A DNA stretch of 64,000 bases from Eledone cirrhosa (Eukaryota): contig OZ024743.1 of assembly GCA_964016885.1 (NCBI GenBank), positions 333,932,001-333,996,000 on the forward strand. The letters run 5' to 3'. Positions 34,901 through 46,804 of this stretch are shown here, piece after piece. The notes under the pieces were generated by a model, which was not told where the DNA came from, did no database searches, and saw nothing but the letters and a program-made list of their open reading frames with translations. Every line of letters begins with the position of its first letter. The first letter of the stretch is position 1. Both the position numbers and the translations under genes were made by a program.

Positions 34901-35535
34901 ATGAGGGAAAAGTTGCCTTTGAGGCATCTCGAATCGCATACGAGAAAGTAAAGCGGGATGTGAGGAAGGGCATTGCTGTTGCACTTCCAGACGGCGAGGG
35001 TCCTCCTATCGTGCTGACATGCAGCGTATGTGCGAGACTCTGTCTAAGCAAAGCTGGACTCGAAAGTCATCTTCGCAGTCATAAAGTAAGACTAGTGGTT
35101 GACTACCAGGCTGCTGTTGGAGATGCTACTCATCATGCTTGCCAAACATGTGGTAGAGAATGTAAATCAGCAGGAGGGCTCAAGCGACATGCAAAAGTAC
35201 ATGAACTCCAACCACAGCCGACTATTCCCAGTGAATGTTTTGGTTGCCGACTCTGTGCAAGACATTTTAGATCATTGGCTGGGCTAAAAAGCCACATTCG
35301 ATCGCAGCGCTGTTAGTTGCTATCGTGTGTGTGTGTGTGCGTGTGTAGATATGCTTATGTGTGTGCGTGGGTGTGTATATATATATGTATATGTATATCA
35401 TTATTGTTGTTGTCGTTATTATTATTGGTGTTATTGTTATTATTATTATTATTGTTATTAATGTATGTGTGTGTGTATATATGTGTGTGAGTGTGTGAGT
35501 GTGTGAGTGTGTGTGTGTGTGTGTGTATGTGTATG

Positions 35536-35568
<33 letters not shown>

Positions 35569-35681
35569 TTCTTTTTTTTTTAAATTTTTCTTTTCTTTTT
35601 ATTTATTTATTATTATTATTATTTTTTTTTCTTTCTCCTCGTGCAATGGCCATACTCGATAACGAGGGGGCAGCCATCATG
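31981..35681 (+). mobile_element. RTE-clade (BovB-like) LINE, disrupted, ending in (TATG)n
   Basis: WNVRTLLD..RPERRTALVAKELRRYDLDIVALSETR. The 3' end GGCCATACTCGATAACGAGGGGGCAGCCATCAT is followed by microsatellite. Confidence 0.9.
31988..35316 (+). pseudogene. RTE APE-RT polyprotein with internal EN deletion (~32488), frameshift (~33958) and three C-terminal C2H2-like fingers
   Basis: NYRGISL, LPESQSGFR, FVDLTKAFD, GVK(Q)G, LLYADD and YLGS. Fingers CSVC..H...H, CQTC..H...H and CRLC..H... Confidence 0.88.
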
Positions 35682-35715
<34 letters not shown>

Positions 35716-35740
35716 TGTATGTATGTATGTATGTATGTAT

Positions 35741-35846
35741 GTGTGTTTACTCAATACTTGGTGTAGTAGAGTGGGTCCTGAATCTTTTCATATATATATA
35801 AAGATTCAGAACCCACTCTACTACCCCCAAGTATTGAGTACACACA
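35741..35846. repeat. Fold-back of a recurrent short motif (also at ~1084, ~40330, ~46320)
   Basis: TACTCAATACTTGGTGTAGTAGAGTGGGTCCTGAATCTT / AAGATTCAGAACCCACTCTACTACCCCCAAGTATTGAGTA, with a (TA) spacer. Confidence 0.7.
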
Positions 35847-35889
35847 CATACATACATACACACACACATAATACATACATACATACATA

Positions 35890-38800
35890 GATATATAGTC
35901 AACGCGATCAGTCGCATAATTTGGCGTGGGAGACTATTTACTAAATTTAAGATGAATACTATCTCCGACAGTAATGCCACAACTACAGTCATGTTGAATA
36001 ACTGGTTATTCTTCTAACTATATCTTCTGAAGACACCTTTTATTCGAATTCGTAGAGATATCCGACTAAATAGATAATTCATTTTACAAGGATTTGCTAC
36101 AAACAGCATGGCTGAACACAACATTAACAACAAAATTAAGGAAGTATCGAAGACAAACAACGAGAAAGGTAAACAAACTTTATTCAGTTGTAGCTACAGA
36201 AGAAACCGAAATTATAAATCGCATTTCTCTTGGAGTTGCTAACTTAATGATGATTTATTTAATTGTTATAAAATGGCAAAAAACAATCCCTCCATTGGCT
36301 ATATGAACAGAATGAAGCTACACTGGGACAAAATGCACCCAGAGCTAAATTATTTCACAGCGAAACAATTACGCCAACAAGTGACGTTTGTTGAACGTAA
36401 ACATAAGATAAATATTACTAATTGTAAGTCCCCCACAACAAACATGGAATCAACAACACGTGCTACAGATCGCCATGCTACTAGACTTCCTAGCAGTCAG
36501 GTGGAACAGCGCCTTGAAACAACTATGCCTGTAAGAAACTTGACACCACCTGTACCATCTAAGTCTACCTCGAATGCTGTGGAAAACACTATCGATAATA
36601 ATAATAATCGAAGAAATAATAATAATAATCGAAGAAATTTGACACCACGTATACCATCCGAGTCTACCTCGACTGTTGTGGAAAATACTATCGATAATGA
36701 TAATCAAAAGTATAAACAATTGAAAATTTCCCTCAACGAAATCTTCCAGAGAGAAATTAACTCATGTATAAATATCTCTCTTGCTGAACGTATTAAAACG
36801 ACAATATTTAATAAAAAAAAACAAATAATGAAATATTACGTGTTATTGACGAAATAGGGGATGAATATTTACGACGGATAAAACCCCCAACATTTTGGCA
36901 AATCAACGCCTGTTTATATGCCTTAGCAACGACAGTGAAGCATTATCTTGGTGATAGCAGAGATATTAACAAGAACAAAACACCACCAAAAATACCATCA
37001 TATATAACTAAAATAGAAATAAAGATGTCTGACCTACGAAAAACCATAGGATATGTGACAATGCTCCTTACATGCAAACAAACACAAAAAACCCTCACTC
37101 CTCACCAACAAATAGTGAAAAATAAAATAAAGACAATGTTTGGTAACAGTAGAACCAGAACTCTTCAATATAAGCTGATCACCCTCAAACAAGAATTGGG
37201 AGCTGTTAGCAAAAAACGCCGATACCTGAAGAAGGTAGATGAGAGAAAAATGCTTAATAAAAGATTCAGACGAAACCAAATATCAGTCTATAGAGATATG
37301 AAGAACAAAATAAGTGTCACTGAGGCCCCATCCCAGAAAGACATAGATTCCTTTTGGAGCAAAATATGGGGTGAAAAGAAGAATTTCAACCAAGATGCAG
37401 TGTGGCTAAAAGAAATCCGAAAGAACTATTGCTCCTACACTGCAACAAAAACATACGAAATAAGTGAGACTGTGATAGGAAAACTCCAAGATAAGAAAAC
37501 ACCAGGAAGAGACATGATTGTCGGCTACTGGTACAAAAAACTGATATTCTATCGGAGGTTTCTTACTGACCTCTACCAACAAGTTCCTAAGGGAGATACA
37601 CTTATACCAGAATGGTTGACATTAGCACAAACATTACTGGTCCCCAAGAACAAAGACACCCACTTGGCAAAAAACTACCGACCCATTGTATGCCAGAAGC
37701 TTATAAGATGTATACAGCCTGCCTGAACCTATTCCGCCAAGATCACTGTGAAAATAATAACATCATCCCAGATGAACAAGCAGCTGGAAAGAAAGGGGTT
37801 TGGGGATGTGCTGAACAACTCCTAATCATCAAAACTGCGATGTCGGAGGTGCGACAACTTAGGAGGAATATGGCTACAGTCTGGCTAGACTACAGGAAAG
37901 CTTTCGATTCTGTTCCCCACTCTTGGATGATAGAGGCCCTCCAACTTGCTAAAGTCCCAGGCATTATTGTCAGAGCCATAGAGAAGCTGTCTACTTCTTG
38001 GGATACTATCCTAAGATTAAAGACAGAGAGGGAGGACTCTATTTTCACAGATAAATTAAAATATTGCAGAGGTATATTTCAGGGAGACAGTCTATCTGTG
38101 ATATTATTCATCTTGTCATAACCCCCACCGTCCTTTCTGCTCAAGAAATGAGAAGGATAGATCATTGGCTCACAGGAGGACAGAAATACGAACCTAACCC
38201 ATAATTCCTTTGTGGATGATCTGAAACTCTATGCCAAGAACATGGATGGGATGAAGAAAAATCTAGATCTGGTTACAACGTTCTCAAAGGATATAGGAAT
38301 GGAGTTTGGCCAAGATAAATGCTCATACATGACTGTAAAGCGGGGAAAAACAACAACCCAATCTAGCAACATTGTCATCAATGGTCTAACTGTTTCACCG
38401 ATATCTGATGAGGACTGCTACAGATACCTGGGGATAGATGAGAACATATCCTATAATGGTATCTGTAATAAAGAACGCGTAACCAGGGAATACTACACCC
38501 GATTAAGAAAGAATTGGTCATCGGAACTCTCTGCGCAAAACAAAACAGTGGCTCACAATGTGTTTGCTGTGCCTGTCCTAACACCAACATTTGGAATACT
38601 CAATTGGACGATAGATGAAATCCTAGTAGTTGATGTTGGAACTCGAAAAATACTAAACAACACCGGAAACTTCCACATCAACAGTGACATAGACCGCCTT
38701 TACTTGAAACGTAAGCAGGGAGGCAGAGGCCTAACATCAGTCCAGACAACATTTGAATGTCGCATCATATCCCTCCGACAACATCTACGAACCTCGAAGC

Positions 38801-39975
38801 GTAGGAGCCCGTCTCTCGAGCAAATCTAGCTGCATGATAAGATCAAGAGAGTTGGGAAGGAACTCCTCGAGATATATTCCCTGTGATAATCAAAAACTGA
38901 CACCCAGGGAAGTCACTCAGCAGTATCGCAGTGAATCCATGGATGAAAAACTGCATGCTTATCAGCAAAAAATCATGCATGGATATGTTGCCAGGAAGCT
39001 CCAGAGTAAGAGTAATATAGATAAGGAAAGTAGTCTATCTTGGTCCAACAACCAGTATATTGGCTCTCACTTTGTAGGATACGCTTTTGCAATCGAAGAA
39101 CAGGAAATTAACACGAAATACCTGATTCACAAAAGAGATAGGGTGCAGGCAAAACACCTAGATGTGATAACAAGTGCAGACTCTGCAGAACTAACATCGA
39201 GGATATCACCCATGTCATCAGCAGCTGTCCAAAGATGTCATCGCGGTACTATCTACCTATGAGGCATGATGTAGTGGCCAAAACACTGTACAATGCAATC
39301 CGTAAAAATGATAGTCCCGATAATAAACACATTAAAAGCTACAACAATGTGGACGACATCCACGTGGACGACATCCACGTACATACGTACTGGTGGAATG
39401 TTCCAGTAAAAACCCCAGTAAAATGCAGGCATAACAGACCAGATATTATTATATGGGACAGGGAGAAGAAAGCATGCACAACAGATGCCAATATAATATC
39501 AAAGATTAGCGAAAAGGAGAATATTTATGCAGAACTGATGAGAAATTTGCAGATACTTCACCCTGATTACACCTTCAGATTTATGCCTACTATTATTGGA
39601 GCACTGGGATATGTTAGTAACTGCCTCAATACAAATCTTGAGAAACTAGGCTTCACAGGAACAGAAAGAACACAACTAGTTAGGAAATTACAAGTACAAT
39701 CCATTAATGGAACAGTAAAAATATGTAAAACATTCCAAAAATTTTGCATCTAATAACTGCATATACATATGTCCAGATACAAAGCATATACACATGCACA
39801 CATACAACTCAAAACATCCACATCCACACATACAATAACATCTATATCTACACATGCATGCAGACATATTACCTAGTTGATGTTGTGTAAATTCCAATGA
39901 GATAGTCTTGTGTCTATGTTAGAAACCGTCTCTCTCTCTATTGGGAAAAAGTTTGTGAAATTATAAAACCAGACC
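35890..39975 (+). mobile_element. Near full-length, decayed R4/Dong-like RLE retrotransposon flanked by (CATA)n
   Basis: Frameshifted ORF pieces include GYMNRMKLHW, PGRDMIVGYWYKKL, NYRPI, WLDYRKAFDSVPHSW, RGIFQGDSLS, FVDDLKLY, RLYLKRKQGGRGL, CRLC..HVISSC..RHD and NRPDI. Confidence 0.88.
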
Positions 39976-40415
39976 ATACATACATACATATATATACTTC
40001 TGTTCTAGTCTGTTAATGACAGACTAGAACTGAACAACCAATTTTTAACATGATAGAGCACCTAGCCCACACTTACACCTCCACGTATTCTCTCTCTCAC
40101 ACACACACACACGCACGATTACACATTCACTTGTTCTCTCACACACACACAGACACACACACGCACAAAGACCAGTTTTAACATGATACAGCATCTAGGC
40201 CCCACATTTACATATAAACATATCCTCTTACACCCCCCCCCCCCTACACACACACATGCTTACACCTTCACGTATTCTCCCACACACACTTAGACGTACA
40301 TGTCCAAACCCTTCTATATATATATATATGAAAAGATTAAGGACCCACTCTACTACTCCAAGTATCGAGTACTCTGGTGGATTATGGTCCACCTGTTTTT
40401 TTTTACCACACCCTA

Positions 40416-40482
<67 letters not shown>

Positions 40483-40544
40483 TGTATATATCTATCTATA
40501 TGTATATATATGTATAAGTATATATGCATATATATATATAAAGA

Positions 40545-40812
40545 AAAATAGATGAAATCGAAAATGCAACTGGAGTCTTATTTTAAAAAATATATATATA
40601 TTTATTTGGTTCCTTTACCGGTTTCGCAGTTCTTCTGCTTTTCAAAAGTAGAGTTGAGATGGAGGGTCTGTGGTTTTTCACAAAAACCACAGACCCTCCA
40701 TCTCAACTCTACTTTTGAAAAGCAGAACTGCGACACCGGTAAAGGAACCAAATAAATATATATATTTAAAAAAAAATAAGACTCCAGTTGCATTTTCGAT
40801 TTCATCTTTTTT
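40545..40812. repeat. Fold-back element with a U3-A8 hammerhead in each arm, flanked by (TA)n
   Basis: Near-perfect ~130-bp arms centred at ~40680. The tail 40780-40880 is shared with 46480-46545. Confidence 0.85.
40613..40648 (-). ncRNA. Type I HHR, U3-A8 core variant
   Basis: CTT-TTGAAAA-GCAG-AAGAA-CTGC-GAAAC-CG-GTA-AAG, with palindromic stem III ACCGGT. The mirror copy at 40712-40744 (+) has GACAC. Confidence 0.65.
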
Positions 40813-40875
40813 TCTTTATACTTTCACTCGTGTAGGACACCTCGGTTATTTTTCATTTTGTAAAAAAAAACCCAC

Positions 40876-40916
<41 letters not shown>

Positions 40917-41017
40917 TTTCTAAATATTTATGTATTTATTGAAAAAATCCGTTATTGACTCAAACAAATTTCGATCCCAGAAGTTATTTTCTAAATGTCC
41001 ATTTCAACGTTATGAAG

Positions 41018-41277
41018 TCATTGAACAAAAGGGCAACGATGGTTGCTAAACATTGTACGGCTTAATTCGGGTTGTTTGTTTACAAACAAACCGAGCATTA
41101 TAATAAATGTTCGGTAAATCCATACGTACATATATATGTGTGCATGTATGTATATATATATATACATACTACTGTACGTCTGTACACATATATGTGTGCA
41201 TGTATGTATATATATATATATACATACTACTGTACGTCTGTACACATTTATGTATGTACGTGTACATACTTATATTT

Positions 41278-41278
<1 letters not shown>
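41018..41278 (+). mobile_element. Third, partial copy of the 6542-7532 retrozyme-like monomer
   Basis: Matches 7265-7478 (GGTTGCTA..TGTACGGCTTAATTCGGG..ACCGAGCATTATAATAAATGTTCGGT..TACTTATATTTA) with an internal duplication. It ends in (TA)n. Confidence 0.8.
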
Positions 41279-41355
<77 letters not shown>

Positions 41356-41363
<8 letters not shown>

Positions 41364-41711
41364 CGTAAGATAAGAAAATTATAAAATTATAAAAAGATTA
41401 TAAAATTGACTTACTTACTAAAATATCACTTTCAACTAATTAGTTTCTGGAATGGAGTAAATATATTTTCCGAAGATCATATAGAAAAGCATTCCGTCGT
41501 CAGGAAAGTCTCTTTTCGTGTAAGTTTCCAGGCATAGCGAGGACTCTGGAAACTTATTAAAAAAAACGACGGAATGCTTTTCTATATGATCTTCGGAAAA
41601 TATATTTACTCCATTCCAGAAACTAATTAGTTGAAAGTGATATTTTAGTAAGTAAGTCAATTTTATAATCTTTTTATAATTTTATAATTTTCTTATCTTA
41701 CGTCTCTCATA
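41356..41711. repeat. Fold-back repeat with ~145-bp perfect arms
   Basis: ATGAGAGACGTAAGATAAG...ATTCCGTCGT / ACGACGGAAT...CTTATCTTACGTCTCTCAT, adjacent to (TA)n. Confidence 0.9.
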
Positions 41712-41823
41712 TTATTGTTCTGCAACCCCATGCATTGAACCACAACGTTACTAAGACAAAACCTATATATTTGCTAGCATTGATATGCATCTGTATGTAT
41801 ATAAATGTTACTAGATATAAATT

Positions 41824-41881
<58 letters not shown>

Positions 41882-42133
41882 GGAGGAGAGAGAGGGAGGA
41901 GAGAGAGGGAGAGAGAGAGAGCATACTTAGAATGGAAGTCAGTGTTGCAGAACACTATCAACTATAATAATAGCGAATGTGTGTATATGTATGTGTGTAT
42001 TTGTTCGTCACGCACTGAAAGGGAGATGACTGAGGAAGGGAGGGGGTGGTAACAAACTATAGAAAACAGCGATCAGCTTTCTAAGATACGTTACACTTGC
42101 GTGTGTATATGTAGCGAATTGGCTGTTACTATT

Positions 42134-42316
42134 GGTGGTGGATTGGCAGTATCGGTAGAGCGTCAGACACCGTGCTTTTCGGCATAGAGTTATGGCCCTT
42201 TCTTTATGGGCTGAGGTTACCTTTGCATTTCATCCTTACGGGGTCAATAAAATAAAGTACCAGTAATGCACTGTGATAATTACTGACCTTGCGCCAAAAG
42301 AAGAAACAATTATTAT
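42134..42316 (+). mobile_element. tRNA-SINE copy (B-box region deleted)
   Basis: GGTGGATTGGCAGTATCGGTAGAGCGTCAGAC...CATCCTTACGGGGTC..GTACCAGTAATGCACTG. Confidence 0.8.
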
Positions 42317-42332
42317 TGTGTGAATGTGAGTT

Positions 42333-42390
<58 letters not shown>

Positions 42391-42426
42391 AGCAGGGTAA
42401 AGCGGACGTAAAATGATGATGATGAT

Positions 42427-42457
<31 letters not shown>

Positions 42458-42460
42458 GTG

Positions 42461-42539
42461 TAGGGTGTCTCCCTAAAATGTATACACACCTCAACAGCAT
42501 TCTAATAAATATGTGTATACATTTTTTGGGACACCCTGT
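42461..42539. mobile_element. ~80-bp Tc1/mariner-type mini-MITE
   Basis: TIRs (C/T)AGGGTGTC..AAAATGTATACAC / GTGTATACATTTTTTGGGACACCCTG in TA-rich context. Confidence 0.65.
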
Positions 42540-42541
42540 CT

Positions 42542-42596
<55 letters not shown>

Positions 42597-43402
42597 TGAA
42601 AGGTTTAGTTCCATTGAAATCGGGCAGAAATTAATAAAACAGCCACCATAAATCAGGAACGTTACAAATTACCATTTGGTAATTGATTATGTATACAAGC
42701 GGCCTTTTGAGTGATCAACCGTTCAGAATATGTAAAGCCTTCCAATAATGACTGGATTGATAGACAGCAGAATGGCTGGTGTCAAAGGCTATGTGTAGAG
42801 TGTTGAGGGGTTCTTCATCTGTAATAGATGTCCGGCATAGCAGCACAATCGGGGAGCGAAACAAGAGGAAATGAAGCATTATCAAATATTTAAAACTTCA
42901 GTAAATATTATTTGTTTAATACTTTCGGGTCTCAAATAATCGTCCCCACTCGCTTATTAAGTTTTCAGATTTTTTTCTTACCACCTTTCTCTTATTTCCA
43001 CTCCCCAGCTCTTATTACAACCCCTCCTTATTGAATTTTGCTAATCTACCCCCGGCGAAATTTTATTTTAGGTGGTAGCATTCCTGCGACAATTAATTTT
43101 CTTTATACATTAAATAAAACATCATACATGACAAAAAAAAAGTAAATTACTAGAAATCCCATACGTTATAAAATAAATAGGATGGGTTGGGGTCTCAATA
43201 TGTAAATTAAACGATTAATTCTGGTGTTTTAAAATATCAACGGAGGCAACCTGGAAAAATTACTGATTTTCCAACCCCGCTTATCCCACTCTATTATTTG
43301 GGGTCCGAGAGTACTTATTTTTTCGACCCTGAAAGGATGACAGGCCAAATAATCTATGGCAGGATTTGAAAATAGAGCAACAGATTCGTTTCTAAATAAT
43401 CC

Positions 43403-43591
43403 AGATTATTTGGCAGTATCCGTAGAGGGTTGGATTATGCTTTCCAGCATAGTTACGTCCCTTTACGATCTGAGTTCAATTCCCGCCGAGGTTAACTTTG
43501 CCTTTCATCCTTACGGGGTCGATAAAATAAAGCACCAGTAATGTACTGGCATAATTGCTGGCCTTGTGCCAAAAAGTAGAAACAATTATTA
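43403..43591 (+). mobile_element. tRNA-SINE copy
   Basis: B box GAGTTCAATTCC. The body is near-identical to the 61867 copy. Confidence 0.8.
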
Positions 43592-44322
43592 TGTAAGTTA
43601 TTCTATCAATTCTGTAACAGCAACACACTCTTCTTTACATTATATACGGAAAAAATAAAATTATATACTCAATAAAATAATAGAAAAGAGAACATGGTGA
43701 GTCAATTAAAAGACGTCTCTGGAAATATGCCAAATAAACAAATTAAATTTCGACAATTAAATTGTCAGAAATATATTGAAATCATGCACGCAATAAGCAG
43801 AATGTATGGGTAGGTTGCTGAGAGAAATATTCTTCGTGTATAATAAAATTACCCCCCAAAACGTATTGGATTTTTCTTTTACAATGTTACATCTGATATT
43901 CAAATAAAGTTTATACATTTAGTTTAATGTATTGTAATAATTGATATTAAAATAGAAGTGAAATATCAACAATCTCTCGGACTTTTACGAAGCGCCTAAG
44001 GGGGGTAAAGTTAATATAGAGAATGAAGTGTTCATGCACAGCGATGCTATAGAATAACTTATAAGCTATTTTATAGCATCTCCGAGCACGAGAAATCCAT
44101 TCTATATAGAAGTAAGATAGATTAAATGATGAGGTACTGCCTACCGAAGAGTTGGCTGATCATATGACACAGTAAGAGAGCTAATTAGATTTGTGGTGCT
44201 GAGAATTTTTGTAAGTAAATTCATAGCGTAAGTGAATTCAAATATAAATATGGGAAACTCATGTATTCGCGAAATTATCCCCACTCACACACACGTATAT
44301 ATATATATATATATATATACAC

Positions 44323-44400
44323 ACAGGGTTATTAAAAAAGAATGAACCGATTTCATTGCAATGCGTCATGAAATCGGTTCATTATTTTTGAATAACCCTG
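44323..44400. mobile_element. ~78-bp Tc1/mariner-type mini-MITE
   Basis: CAGGGTTATTAAAAAAGAATGAACCGATTTCAT / ATGAAATCGGTTCATTATTTTTGAATAACCCTG followed by TA. Confidence 0.7.
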
Positions 44401-44618
44401 TATATATATGAATATATGTATAGTATATTTGGTATACCGTATGTTTAATTAAAAACATTTAGAAGACCATTCGCTATCGTTTCTTGTAATTATATATATA
44501 TATAATTACAAGAAACGAAGCAGGCTGTGTGGTTACTGTAAACAAAGTTTAAGATGGTAATATGGACCAAACAAGAGAAGAAACCCTTCATCAGCTGTGC
44601 AGATCATAGATGTTTCGG

Positions 44619-44661
<43 letters not shown>

Positions 44662-45123
44662 CAAGAAAGTAAGTGTTGATAAAATCCAGTACTTCAGTAT
44701 GCGGATAGGGAGCACTCAACGAAGATATAAGTTCTGGAGTTATAATAGTGACAATTTGTAAATTTTCTACTCTAATCATAATTTTCAGTAGCACCACTCC
44801 ACATAAATTCCTCAATTAAGAATGACCTGTAGTATCTATTTCATACTATTAACCTTAATTGAATATATATCTGACCAGGAATGCTTTTTGTGAAAATCAG
44901 TCATATGGAACTATTGTCATCTTGCCTGACGGTTTGAACTTTACAACACCACCTGCCTCTTTGAGGTCAAATACCAACCCTACTAGCATCTACAAACTGA
45001 CCAATGAGAATTAAGACTATTCCTGCTGACAACATAAAATTATTCCTAACAAGCTCATATGTCCCAAGGCTCTGATACCATCAACACTATAAACACAGAG
45101 CTGGCATATCTAAGAACTGACTA

Positions 45124-45179
45124 ACTGCCTGATGAGGTTATAGCCATTCAATGGCTATCATCGAAATATATATAGCAGT
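45124..45179 (+). ncRNA. Type I hammerhead ribozyme
   Basis: ACTGC-CTGATGA-GGTTATAGCCAT-TCA-ATGGCTATCATC-GAAA-TATATA-TA-GCAGT. Confidence 0.85.
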
Positions 45180-45224
45180 AAATAAAGGATTATGAGTTCA
45201 TGCAATTGACTTATGTTTCGTCAC

Positions 45225-45260
<36 letters not shown>

Positions 45261-45311
45261 AAATAAAATAAAATAAATAAGTCAAATGTTTAAAATTTAG
45301 CTTCGTTTATT

Positions 45312-45366
45312 ACTGCTATATATATTTCGGTGACAGCCATCTTTGGCTGTGACCTCTTCAGGCAGT
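45312..45366 (-). ncRNA. Type I hammerhead ribozyme
   Basis: Reverse complement of 45486-45540. Confidence 0.85.
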
Positions 45367-45485
45367 CCGAAATATTGTGGTATAGACAAGTACATATGTT
45401 GTTGAGGTGTATAACCTTGTCAAGAGTATTGACAAGGTTATACACCTAAACAACATGTGTACTCGTCTCTACCACACTAATTCGG

Positions 45486-45540
45486 ACTGCCTGAAGAGGT
45501 CACAGCCAAAGATGGCTGTCACCGAAATATATATAGCAGT
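45486..45540 (+). ncRNA. Type I hammerhead ribozyme
   Basis: ACTGC-CTGAAGA-GGTCACAGCCA-AAGA-TGGCTGTCACC-GAAA-TATATA-TA-GCAGT. Confidence 0.85.
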
Positions 45541-45683
45541 AATAAACGAAGCTAAATTTTAAACATTTGACTTATTTATTTTATTTTATTTTACATTACT
45601 CCGGAGTAACCAAACCAACCTGCGCACTTCGTTGAGTGCTCCATTCTGCATACTGAGTTGTTGGTATACAACCAACATATACT

Positions 45684-45733
<50 letters not shown>

Positions 45734-46246
45734 GTAGAACACTAGTGGGTTATATCCGTAGTAGTAGAGCACTCACTCCATGGGACGTGTTTGGTAGAAG
45801 TAGTTCCACAACAGTTAGTTCACCGTAACGAGAACAAATGTTTCACCTTATTCGGATCCTATTTGTATATATATATATATATAGGTATATATATGAAAAA
45901 AAGGGATGAATGACTTCACTGGTGATTGATGTTGTTTAATAATTCAAATCTTTATAATAAGTCGTTATTGATATTAGTTCTAATTATTAAAGAACCTCAA
46001 CCACCAGTAAAGTCATTCTACCTTTTTTTCAAATTTATCTTACTATACCAAGGAATTCTTTTGATTTTCTACTATAAACATATGTATGTATATATATATT
46101 TTGAAGATTTGGACGTGAACAACAATTATCATTGAGTGGCTGCTATTTGCAGTATAGCAATATAAGGTTGCACTTACCAATGAAACGGTCGTAAATACCT
46201 GGATAAAATCCTTCTCTTAATGCTTACCTGTGTTTTATCTTTTCTA

Positions 46247-46320
<74 letters not shown>

Positions 46321-46402
46321 AGATTCAGGACCCCGACGGTTGAGCTACGGCCGTTTTGACAGCTAGATCGGATCTAGCCGTCGGAGCTCAGCCGTTTATT
46401 TA

Positions 46403-46446
46403 TTTACTTTACCGGTTTCACAGTTCTTATGATTTTCAAAAGTAAA
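46403..46446 (-). ncRNA. U3-A8 HHR variant, decayed stem II
   Basis: TTTACTT-TTGAAAA-TCATAAGAACTGT-GAAAC-CG-GTA-AAGTAAA, with a 7-bp stem I. Confidence 0.5.
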
Positions 46447-46804
46447 ATTGAGAAGTAAAGTAATAAATAAATATTCTTAAAATACTCCAGTTGCATTTTT
46501 AATTTCTTTTCCTTATACTTTCACCCGTGTGGGACATCTTTAAAAAACTTCATTTTCACGTATATAAATATTTGTCATTACAAAATAGTGAATGACATAT
46601 CTACATACATATAAATCATGATTTCTGAAGGATACGTATACAGGAAAATATATATATTTTAAATTTTTGTTAAATTTTATTATGATGCCGCAATGAACCA
46701 TGTGTCCTTACATACAATACAGATTATCTTCTGTTAAAGTTTGATATGTTCTATTGTACGTATATATCATTAGATATATATGTATGAATATATGTCATTC
46801 GTCG

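Larger units (their letters stand above)
45259..45592. repeat. Fold-back element (~165-bp arms, centre ~45426) with an HHR in each arm; tail to ~45688 then (TA)n
   Basis: AAGTCAAATGTTTAAAATTTAGC...AACCTTGTCAA / TTGACAAGGTT...GCTAAATTTTAAACATTTGACTT. Confidence 0.9.

Noticed and set aside
41455-41510. CTGACGA...GAAAATATATT motif on the minus arm of the 41356 fold-back
   Set aside because: Stem I cannot be formed and stem II is weak, so it was not called as an HHR.
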